A DNA stretch of 64,000 nucleotides, taken from Candidatus Deferrimicrobiaceae bacterium (GTDB lineage: Bacteria; Desulfobacterota; Deferrimicrobia; Deferrimicrobiales; Deferrimicrobiaceae). Position 1 is the first letter of the stretch. Each line of letters opens with the position of its first letter. Below are positions 8,434 through 16,268 of the stretch, in pieces. The notes under the pieces were generated by a model. The model was not told the origin of the DNA, searched no databases, and saw only the letters and a program-made list of their open reading frames with translations. Location of the stretch: contig CAWBVY010000008.1 in the NCBI GenBank assembly GCA_963792415.1, forward strand, positions 1 through 64,000, in the 5' to 3' direction. The position numbers and the translations under genes were made by a program.

Positions 8434-8640
8434 GCGGCGCGTTTGCCGGGTCATATTGACCCGTAATGGCCCGGCTTGATCCTTTTAAGTTTTTGATATC
8501 ATTGAATTTAATGGCCCTCCCGGGGATCTCTTCCTCAGGAGGTTGAAGCTTCGAATCCTTCATGGCCCACCAGAAAAACCGACGGATTACGGCGCAGGCC
8601 GTAGCCCCTTTTTGATTCTTGTTGCACGGGGGTTGCGGAT
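8434..8640 (+). mobile_element. att-like junction copy 3: arm repeats + IHF box + mutated tRNA-Lys 3' half + terminator
   Basis: Ungapped homolog of 2000-2179 (offset 6434). CTCTTcc tcaggaggtt GAAGC TTCGAAT CCTTC atggcccACCA at 8528-8572. TAAGTTTTTGATA at 8486-8498 matches IHF consensus WATCAANNNNTTR on the minus strand. Confidence 0.85.
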
Positions 8641-8726
8641 TTTTCCGAATTCTTTTTTTATTCTCGACCGCCATTATGGTCCGTCCACGGAAAAGGATTG
8701 AAGTTTCAGAGAGTTACTTCCGATAA

Positions 8727-11465
8727 GTGAAAACAGCGTATCCATTTGACATTCGAGGTGCAGTGTTGGGCCGGTTTGCGGGAATCTTTGGCGATGGCTG
8801 GGCGAGAATTTGCAAACTGCGCCCGCGGAATACCATCGCCATCCCCATCGTGTTGCTCCTCATCATCATCGGCGCAGGGATTCTCACCGCCGGCTACCAC
8901 ATCAACAAATCCGTTTTCCATACGGTGTTCGAGGAGCGGGAGAGCAACAAGGCAAGGAATATCCACCTGACGATCGAATCCATCGTCTCCACGGAGGTGA
9001 ACAGGATCGCGAGCCTCGCGAAGATCCTGAAAAACGATACGGACATCGTGTACGGGCTTTTCCATTACAGCGGGACGAAGGGCGACACCCGACCGCTGAT
9101 GTCGGCGATGAATCAACTCTATCCGAAGATGAACCTGCGGGTCTTCGTCATGGCCGATACCAACGGGAAGGTCCTGTACCGCGCGGGAAAGGAGAAGATG
9201 CCGGGAGAGGGAAAACTGGAAAGGATGCCGGCATTCAAAAGAGCGTTGAAAGGTGATCAGGTTGTAACGGCGATCCACACTCCGGAAGGATTCGGGATCT
9301 GGGCGATCGTCCCTGTCTACGTATTCGGGAAGGCGAGGCCCTCGGGATTGCTGTTCCTCGGCAACCGCATCGACAACGACTTTGCAAAGAAGATCGCCCG
9401 GGAAACAGGTAGCCAGGTGTTTCTGGCGACCACCGATGGGGTGTTTGCGGAATCGTACGACGTCGGAGTTGTCGGGGGATTCAATCCCCTGCTGGCCAAG
9501 AGCAGCATAGAGGGGAATCGGCCCATCTTCCACATGGACAGAGAAAACTACCGTTCCTATACGTACGTGCCGATCAAAATTGTAGAGGAACCGTTTTGCC
9601 TCGTGATCGAGACGGATACAAGCGTCATAAAGGATCTCCTGGCGATGAACAGGACCCGGATGATCCAATGGGGGTTCATCCTCCTGGTCGGCCTCGCGAT
9701 GGTCGGAACCGGTTTGACCCTCCTGCTCATCTGGCCGTTGAACCGACTGCGCGGAAAAGCGTTGCAGGCCATCCGGGAGTATTCCGGAGCAGGGCCCGAT
9801 GCCGTTCCCCGGGGAAATGAGCTCTCGACGCTGGTGCGGGCGAACGACATCATGCTGGATACCATCAAGAACCACCTCGCGGAGCGGACACGCGCCGAGG
9901 AAGCGTTTCGGGAAACCAGTCGTACTCTTCACGCCTTGATCGAGGCGTCTCCCCTCGCGGTGGTCGTCAGCGACCCTTCCGGAACGGTTCGCCTGTGGAA
10001 TCCCGCCGCCGTCCGGATATTCGGATGGACCGAGGCGGAAACGGTCGGTCACCCGAACCCCCTTCTATCCTCCGAGGGGAACCCGGGGCTGCGAGCCACA
10101 TGCAACCTCGTCTTGCATGGAGAGAGTTTCTCCAATACGGAGATCTGCGGCCAGACACGTTCCGGTTCGAAGATCTTCTTAACCTTTTCGGGCGCCCCCA
10201 TGCTCAACGCGCAGGGGGAGATCGCCTCCATGATGGCGATCATGACCGACATCACCGACGCCAAGGCGGCAGAGGAAGCGTTGCGCCGCAGCGAGGAGCA
10301 GCTGCGCCAATCCACGAAGATGGAGGCCGTTGGGAAACTGGCGGGGGGCGTCGCCCATGACTTCAACAACCTCCTCTCGGTCATTACCGGGTACAGCGAA
10401 CTCCTCCTGGCTCGCACCGACGACACGAATCCAGCGCGGCGGGAGATCGTGGAGATCCATAAGGCGGGCGAACGGGCGGGGGCCCTAACGCACCAGCTCC
10501 TTGCTTTCAGCCGGCGGCAGGTCCTGAAGCCGAAAATGCTTCGCATGAACGACGTGGTGGGCAACATTGGGAAAATGCTTCAGCGACTGATCGGAGAAGA
10601 CATCGACTTCGCCATGGAATCGCAGGAGGGCCTTTGTACGGTCCGCGCAGACCCGAGCCAGATCGAGCAGATCCTGATGAATCTTTGCATCAACGCCCGG
10701 GATGCCATGCCTGCGGGAGGAAAGCTGGTCGTTTCCACTGCAAACGTGACGTTGGATGCGCCACTCGTGGAACGGGAGTTGACCATCCCCCCGGGCCGCT
10801 ACGCGATTCTTAAGGTTGCCGACGATGGGAGCGGCATGGACGAGGAGACTCTCTCCCGGATCTTCGAGCCGTTCTTCACCACGAAGGATCACGGAAAGGG
10901 GACGGGCCTGGGGTTGGCCACGGTGTACGGGATCGTGAAACAGAGCGACGGTTACATCCGCGTCATCAGCGCACCGGGGGAAGGAACAACTTTCTCTGTC
11001 TACCTTCCCGCCGCCGAGCGGGAAGAACCCGAAACGGAAGAGGACCGACCGGCGACCGAATGCGAGGGTCCGGCAGGGAAGCGGACGATCCTCTTGGCCG
11101 AGGATGAAGAAATGGTGCGGGAGCTGGCCATCGAAATTTTCCGGAAGGACGGGTACACCGTCCTCCACGCCCCGAACGGCACCGGCGCTCTTGAGATCTG
11201 CGACCGCCATGAAGGCTGCATCGACCTGCTGGTCACCGACCTGATCATGCCCGGTATGAACGGGATCGAGCTGGCTCGGAGAGTGTGTGATTCGAGGCCC
11301 GGAATCCCGGTTCTCTTCATGTCTGGGTACGCGGAAGACGCCAAGGATCGCCTTGGAGACCTGGTCAACGGGCGGTACTTCCTCCAGAAGCCGATCACAC
11401 CGACGAAGCTCTCCCGGAAAGTGAGGGAAATCTTCTCTGAACGTGGGGTGGGAGTAGCGGTGTAA
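8727..11465 (+). CDS. Hybrid sensor histidine kinase (periplasmic Cache-like, PAS, HisKA, HATPase, REC)
   Basis: Two TM helices, PAS domain, H-box GGVAHDFNNLL, FEPFFTTK..GTGLGL, C-terminal receiver LLVTDLIMP. Confidence 0.93.
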   Translation: MKTAYPFDIRGAVLGRFAGIFGDGWARICKLRPRNTIAIPIVLLLIIIGAGILTAGYHINKSVFHTVFEERESNKARNIHLTIESIVSTEVNRIASLAKILKNDTDIVYGLFHYSGTKGDTRPLMSAMNQLYPKMNLRVFVMADTNGKVLYRAGKEKMPGEGKLERMPAFKRALKGDQVVTAIHTPEGFGIWAIVPVYVFGKARPSGLLFLGNRIDNDFAKKIARETGSQVFLATTDGVFAESYDVGVVGGFNPLLAKSSIEGNRPIFHMDRENYRSYTYVPIKIVEEPFCLVIETDTSVIKDLLAMNRTRMIQWGFILLVGLAMVGTGLTLLLIWPLNRLRGKALQAIREYSGAGPDAVPRGNELSTLVRANDIMLDTIKNHLAERTRAEEAFRETSRTLHALIEASPLAVVVSDPSGTVRLWNPAAVRIFGWTEAETVGHPNPLLSSEGNPGLRATCNLVLHGESFSNTEICGQTRSGSKIFLTFSGAPMLNAQGEIASMMAIMTDITDAKAAEEALRRSEEQLRQSTKMEAVGKLAGGVAHDFNNLLSVITGYSELLLARTDDTNPARREIVEIHKAGERAGALTHQLLAFSRRQVLKPKMLRMNDVVGNIGKMLQRLIGEDIDFAMESQEGLCTVRADPSQIEQILMNLCINARDAMPAGGKLVVSTANVTLDAPLVERELTIPPGRYAILKVADDGSGMDEETLSRIFEPFFTTKDHGKGTGLGLATVYGIVKQSDGYIRVISAPGEGTTFSVYLPAAEREEPETEEDRPATECEGPAGKRTILLAEDEEMVRELAIEIFRKDGYTVLHAPNGTGALEICDRHEGCIDLLVTDLIMPGMNGIELARRVCDSRPGIPVLFMSGYAEDAKDRLGDLVNGRYFLQKPITPTKLSRKVREIFSERGVGVAV

Positions 11466-11512
11466 CGTCTCCCGACCATCGCGGGTTCCCGCTCCGGAAG
11501 TCGTCCCGGGAG

Positions 11513-11941
11513 TTATTGCTGAAGCAGCAGATGCTCCTGGCGTGAGGTTCCCACCACCACCGTGACACGCGACCCGATCTTCAGTTTCCCCTCCTGGTTT
11601 CGGAACATTATGTGATGGATATCCTTTTCCCCGGGGGTGCTGAACGCGGCCATCCGGCCGATGCGTTGCAGGCGAACGACGGAAAACTTTTCTCCCGTGG
11701 ATTCGTCGACCAAGTAGATTTCCTCCGCCTCTGGATCGAACCGGTCCCCCCCGATCATCCGGAACCGGACACCCACAAACTCCCGGTTTGCCGCAAGCTG
11801 CAACTGGACGACTTCCAGGCGCGGCGGGGGAGGCTGCAGCGCTTCTTTTTTCGCGGAACACGACGCGATGAGGCACAGGGTTGCTGCCAACAGGACGCGA
11901 CTGCCGATCCACTTCCTTTCCCACCCCATACCGCATTCCAT
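11513..11941 (-). CDS. Hypothetical lipoprotein
   Basis: Lipobox-like LIASC and a coherent ORF convergent on the kinase. Confidence 0.65.
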   Translation of the reverse strand: MECGMGWERKWIGSRVLLAATLCLIASCSAKKEALQPPPPRLEVVQLQLAANREFVGVRFRMIGGDRFDPEAEEIYLVDESTGEKFSVVRLQRIGRMAAFSTPGEKDIHHIMFRNQEGKLKIGSRVTVVVGTSRQEHLLLQQ

Positions 11942-12039
11942 GGCCCGAATTGTACCACCCGTGGAGCGGGGCAGGAATATATCGAAACTATCCATGTCGG
12001 GACGGTCCGTTCCTTTTTGTTATCCGTCTGTCAGAACGC

Positions 12040-12083
12040 GCCGTAACCCCTTTTTCTTGCCGGGTGCGAACAGGGTGCAAGCC
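12040..12083 (+). repeat. att-like junction copy 4 (remnant: terminator 3' arm + paired arm repeats)
   Basis: GCCGTAACCCCTTTTTC matches the terminator arms of copies 1 and 2. It is followed by GGGTGCGAAC/AGGGTGCAAG, shared with copy 5. Confidence 0.6.
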
Positions 12084-12156
12084 GGGGAACCCGTATCGGG
12101 TCTTGTCGGTGTTTAGCGAGGGACGGTTTCAGGTACTGCACGTCAACAAATGAATG

Positions 12157-12402
12157 TTATGAACACTCCATTCCCGCGCGGAACCGAAGTTCGCGGGCAA
12201 ACCAGTCGTAATATTTCTCTCCGGGTCGACTTGTCTCGAACCATCGGTTATCTCCGTTCACCATTTCAGCCGCGGCCCATTCCACCGCCTCCTTCAACCG
12301 CTCATTTTCATCCTTCAATGTCTGTATCGTTTCCACTATCGGCATATTCGTGCCGATTATCCTTCCGATTTCTTCAAGCATCCGGGTTCTTTCTTCTTCC
12401 AT
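12157..12402 (-). CDS. Small phage-like orphan protein
   Basis: Strong SD AAGGAGG, 81 aa, coiled-coil LKDENERLKEA, lower GC, located between att remnants. Confidence 0.6.
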   Translation of the reverse strand: MEEERTRMLEEIGRIIGTNMPIVETIQTLKDENERLKEAVEWAAAEMVNGDNRWFETSRPGEKYYDWFARELRFRAGMECS

Positions 12403-12484
12403 TCCCCTTCCTCCTTCGGTGGGGCGGAGAGTGGGTGAAAACCTCCGCACCCGAATGATATGCCGCTCTGCTCATTTTATGCCT

Positions 12485-12537
12485 GGTTCGTGCCTGCAAT
12501 GGCCCCTTTTTCGTTCCGGGTGCGGACAGGGCGAAAG
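12485..12537 (+). repeat. att-like junction copy 5 (degenerate T-arm fused to terminator tail)
   Basis: GGTTCGtgCCTGCAaTGGCCC, then GCCCCTTTTTCGTTC (15 bp identical to 2170-2184), then CCGGGTGCGGACAGGG similar to copy 4. Confidence 0.6.
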
Positions 12538-12610
12538 TTTTTCCCCATTCAACTAAAATAAGGAAGTTGCCGCCACGGTCCTTGCCAATTTTTCCTCCGG
12601 GGGTGCATCC

Positions 12611-12985
12611 ATGCAACGAATCAAAATGACCATCGGTTCCGTGACGCTCGAGGCCGAACTCCTCGAGACGCCGACGGCGGAGGCGATCTGGAACGCCTTG
12701 CCGTTCACCTCCAGGGCGAATACCTGGGGCGAGGAAGTGTATTTCTCCACTCCGGTGAAAGCAAAACGGGAGTCCGACGCCCGGGATGTCGTCGAGCACG
12801 GCGAGCTCGCTTTCTGGGTGGAAGGGGATTCCATCGCGATCGGTTTCGGTCGCACACCCGTATCCCGCGGCGATGAAATCCGGCTCGCGGCCCGGACCAA
12901 TATCTGGGGCAAGACCAAGGGGGATGTCAGGCAGCTCAAAACGGTCACATCCGGCGCACCGATCAAGGTTGAGAAGGCCGGTTAG
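12611..12985 (+). CDS. Cyclophilin-like fold protein (TM1367/DUF369-like)
   Basis: [36 protein letters not shown] signature. Confidence 0.85.
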   Translation: MQRIKMTIGSVTLEAELLETPTAEAIWNALPFTSRANTWGEEVYFSTPVKAKRESDARDVVEHGELAFWVEGDSIAIGFGRTPVSRGDEIRLAARTNIWGKTKGDVRQLKTVTSGAPIKVEKAG

Positions 12986-13075
12986 GGACCACCTGTTTTA
13001 TCGTGCCCCGCCCCCCGGATCCGCTCCGTTCGACCGGTGGTTCGGCAAGTCGTTTCATCACTGGTCCACCAGGCT

Positions 13076-13604
13076 TTACGCCCTCGTCCCGACCACGGCC
13101 TGGAGGATCGTCCGGCAAAATGCCGGCAGATCCTCCGGCTTCCGCGACGTGACCAGGTTGCCGTCCCGAACGACTTCCCGGTCCTCGTAGAGGGCACCCG
13201 CGTTCACCAGATCATCCTTAATCGCGAAGAAGCAGGTCGCCTTCCTGCCCCGCAGCACATCCGCCGAAACCAGCATCCATCCGCCGTGGCAGATCGCCGC
13301 GACCACCTTCCCCCTCGCGAACACGTCGCGGACCAGGTCCACCATCGCCTTGTGGCGGCGCATTCGGTCGGGCGCGTAGCCGCCCGGTATGATCAACGCG
13401 TCGAAGTCGGCGGCGTTTACTTTCCCCGCTGTCGCGTCCGGAGTCACCGGGTACCCGTGCTTTGAGGAGTATCCGCCAGCTACCTCCCCCCACGATGGTC
13501 ACCTTCGCCCCCGCTTCCCGGAACCGATACACGGGATACCACAACTCGAGATCCTCGTAGAGATCTTCCGCCAGAACGGCAATGTGCTTCCCTTTCAGTT
13601 CCAT
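13076..13604 (-). CDS. pfpI: PfpI/DJ-1 family intracellular protease/deglycase (one frameshift near 13480)
   Basis: YEDLELWYP in one frame. IIPGGYAPD, AAICHG and VTSRKPEDL in the next frame. Confidence 0.88.
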
Positions 13605-13849
13605 CTTCCCCTCCCGCTTGCCGGTGACCTGGATTCCGAATCCCTCCGTCCCCCTGACCGTTGGAGAGCGTTTCCGGAGGTCCGGTTTCACCTTTACGGA
13701 CGGCTCAATGAACCTGCGCTCCTTGTTGGGCCAACCGGACGAGGGGAATTTTCAAACGAGGTTGACCAAACCCTCCGCAATCGGTTCGCGATGTGTGGAT
13801 GCTTTTCAGAGCGGAATGGTTGATCCCGCGGGATCCAGCCGGCTGCGTG

Positions 13850-15277
13850 TCAGCCGCGAAGATCGATGACTTCCAGCCGTTGCGCCACGTCCGGGTGGTC
13901 CGGTGAGGGCCCCTCGATCAGGACCAGATACTCCCCCGGAACCCCCTGCGCCGCCACCCACTGTTTCGCCCATGAACGCCAGTCCCCCGCGGGTTCGTCC
14001 AGTTTCTCCGGGTGGATGCCGTATGCGAATTGAAGCCCCTGGCAGGTTTCCTCGCTGGTGGATGGGGCCGTGATCCAGACGGGAAGACGGAACCGGGCGA
14101 GCTGCCGCGCGGTGGATCCGCTGCGGCTCGGGACGATGACGCCGGCGACGGACATCCTGGCGAGGACGTTCTCGATGCTCATGGAAACGAGGTCGGATGG
14201 GGCGACGGATCCCGAATCGATCACCGTCTTCACGGCCTCGCGAACGAACTGACCCGTCCGGAACGGCTCCGCCGCTCCCGCGATCCGGGCGAGGGTCCGG
14301 ACCGCCTCGACCGGGTATCTCCCCATGGCGGACTCGCCGGAGAGCATCACGCAGTCGGTGCCGTCGATGACCGCATTGGCGACATCGGTGGCCTCGGCGC
14401 GGGTCGGGCGGGCGTTCTCGGTCATCGACTCGAGCATCTGGGTTGCCGTGATGACCGGTTTGCCGAGGAGATTGGCGCGGTGGATGAGCCGTTTCTGCTC
14501 GATGGCGATACCCTCGATGGGAATCTCGACCCCGAGGTCCCCCCGTGCCACCATGATGCCGTCGGAAGCTCCGAGGATCTCGTCGATCCGCCCAAGGGCG
14601 ACGGCGCGCTCGATCTTGGCGATGAGGAACGGGTTGCGCCCGGCCGCGCGGGCTGCGCGACGCACCTCGTGGATGTCTTCCGCCGAGGAGATGAAGGACT
14701 GGCTCACGGCATCGACGCCGCACTCGAGCGCGAACTTCAGGCACTCCCGGTCCCGCGCGGTAAAGGCGCTGATCCCGAGGTCGACGCCGGGGACGTTGAG
14801 CCCCTTGCGCGATCGGAGCTCGCCCCCGGCGATCACCCGGCATGCCACGTCGTTCCCCAGGACCTCCTCCACCTCGAGGCGGATGATCCCGTCGTTCAGA
14901 TACAGGTTGTTTCCCTTCCGGACCGAGGCGGGGAGACGGGGAAAATCGACCGATGCGCGGGAGCTGTCGCCGACGATGGTATCCGTCGTCAGGGTGAACG
15001 GGTTCCCCGGGAGGAGCAGGACCGGCTCCGCCGCCAGGGAGCCGATGCGGATCTTCGGTCCCGGGAGGTCCGCCATGATGGCGAGCCGGCGGTCCACCCT
15101 GCGGGAGGAGTCGCGGAGGTTTTCGATCGTCCGCCGGTGTTCCTCGAACGTCCCATGGGAAAAGTTCAGGCGCGCGATGTTCATCCCGGCGAGGAGCAGC
15201 TGGTCCATGACCTCGGGCGATTCGGACGCCGGGCCGATGGTGCAGACGATCCGGGTCTTGTGGGCGGGCAAGGTCAT
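13850..15277 (-). CDS. pyk: Pyruvate kinase
   Basis: KTRIVCTIGPAS, ARLNFSHG, DLPGPKIR, IMVARGDLGVE, ATQMLESM, PTRAEATDVANA. Confidence 0.96.
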   Translation of the reverse strand: MTLPAHKTRIVCTIGPASESPEVMDQLLLAGMNIARLNFSHGTFEEHRRTIENLRDSSRRVDRRLAIMADLPGPKIRIGSLAAEPVLLLPGNPFTLTTDTIVGDSSRASVDFPRLPASVRKGNNLYLNDGIIRLEVEEVLGNDVACRVIAGGELRSRKGLNVPGVDLGISAFTARDRECLKFALECGVDAVSQSFISSAEDIHEVRRAARAAGRNPFLIAKIERAVALGRIDEILGASDGIMVARGDLGVEIPIEGIAIEQKRLIHRANLLGKPVITATQMLESMTENARPTRAEATDVANAVIDGTDCVMLSGESAMGRYPVEAVRTLARIAGAAEPFRTGQFVREAVKTVIDSGSVAPSDLVSMSIENVLARMSVAGVIVPSRSGSTARQLARFRLPVWITAPSTSEETCQGLQFAYGIHPEKLDEPAGDWRSWAKQWVAAQGVPGEYLVLIEGPSPDHPDVAQRLEVIDLRG

Positions 15278-15352
15278 GAAACACCCCCGGTATTTCGGTT
15301 CCTCTCGCGTTCGCGAAGCGGATGTCCTTTGTTTCTCCCTTCAAATATTACC

Positions 15353-15523
15353 CCGATTCGGGAACCGGCGCTGATGGGAAGTCTCCGTCCACGGCGGGAT
15401 GGGAGTCCTTCAAGGGTCAAACGTTGGCGGGAAGGGAACCTTGGGAAGGCCGAATGCATTTCCTGCAACGGATGCTTCGCGCCGTCCGGCGACGGCCGAG
15501 GGCTCCACTGCGTGATCAAATAG
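15353..15523 (+). pseudogene. C-terminal remnant of an NADH:flavin oxidoreductase (OYE-like)
   Basis: PIREPAL...VKRWREGNLGKAECISCNGCF...LHC* resembles the C-terminus of Fe-S OYE-type oxidoreductases. The rest of the gene is absent. Confidence 0.6.
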
Positions 15524-15595
15524 GGGGTCGAACCCCACGGGGGGGAAGGAGCGGTTCGCGGTATCTCCTTCCCAACAATCCATGGGTTCGGTCGG

Positions 15596-16075
15596 TCACA
15601 CGGCGTGGTGAAACAGGACGGGAATCCTCGATCCACCGTTGGCCTTGACCTGGTTGAGGTCGAGCAGAGGTTTCGTCAAACCGAGCGCCGGGATCGAGGT
15701 GACGATGACGTCGCACCGTTTTTCCTCCGCCACCTTCAAAGCGCCATGCAGGGGAGATTCGCTCGAAAGCCGCATCTTTTCAAACCGGATTCCCCGGTCG
15801 GAGCACATCTTCTCGGTCGAATCCAGGGCTTCGTTCGCCAGATCAACCTTCCGTCTCTCAGCGGCGGCGAGTGCCTCCTTGCCGGACCTGCCCGCCCCGG
15901 ACCACTTCAACTCGTCCAGGCCGTAGATATGCCGGAGTTCCTTCCAGGTGAAGTTTCCCGTGACATAGACCGCCGTCACCTTGGCCTCGAGGGATTCGGC
16001 AAGCAGCACCCCGAGGCAGGTATGCATCGAACAACCCTCGCACCCGTTCCTTACCAGCAGCACGCTCTTGTACAT
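15596..16075 (-). CDS. Universal stress protein family (divergent)
   Basis: MYKSVLL..LAESLEAKVTAVYV..ALKVAEEKRCDVIV..SRIPVL, SD AAGGAGG. Confidence 0.75.
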   Translation of the reverse strand: MYKSVLLVRNGCEGCSMHTCLGVLLAESLEAKVTAVYVTGNFTWKELRHIYGLDELKWSGAGRSGKEALAAAERRKVDLANEALDSTEKMCSDRGIRFEKMRLSSESPLHGALKVAEEKRCDVIVTSIPALGLTKPLLDLNQVKANGGSRIPVLFHHAV

Positions 16076-16268
16076 GTCCTCGCCCTCCTTCCCGCATTCC
16101 CACAGGAATGCCGGCCCGGGATGAGTGAATTCCACCGGAGACGGCCCCGTCGCGCCGGCAGGGGCGGGTCTCCGACCGTAGCCCGCTTCAACCTCGTTGT
16201 GGGGGGAATTCTATGACCTGCAAGGGGACAGATAGTGTACAGATTACCGACCGGCCACCTCGGGGTGG

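Noticed and set aside
8396-8674. Small minus-strand ORFs over the att modules (WWAMQDSNLQPPD-type peptides, also 2097-2321)
   Set aside because: They are antisense translations of tRNA sequence, a common spurious-protein artefact.
2000-12540. CRISPR array or classical integron attC array
   Set aside because: The spacing is kilobases, the repeats are tRNA-derived, no attC-type RYYYAAC...GTTRRRY hairpins were seen, and there is no cas or intI gene in the window.
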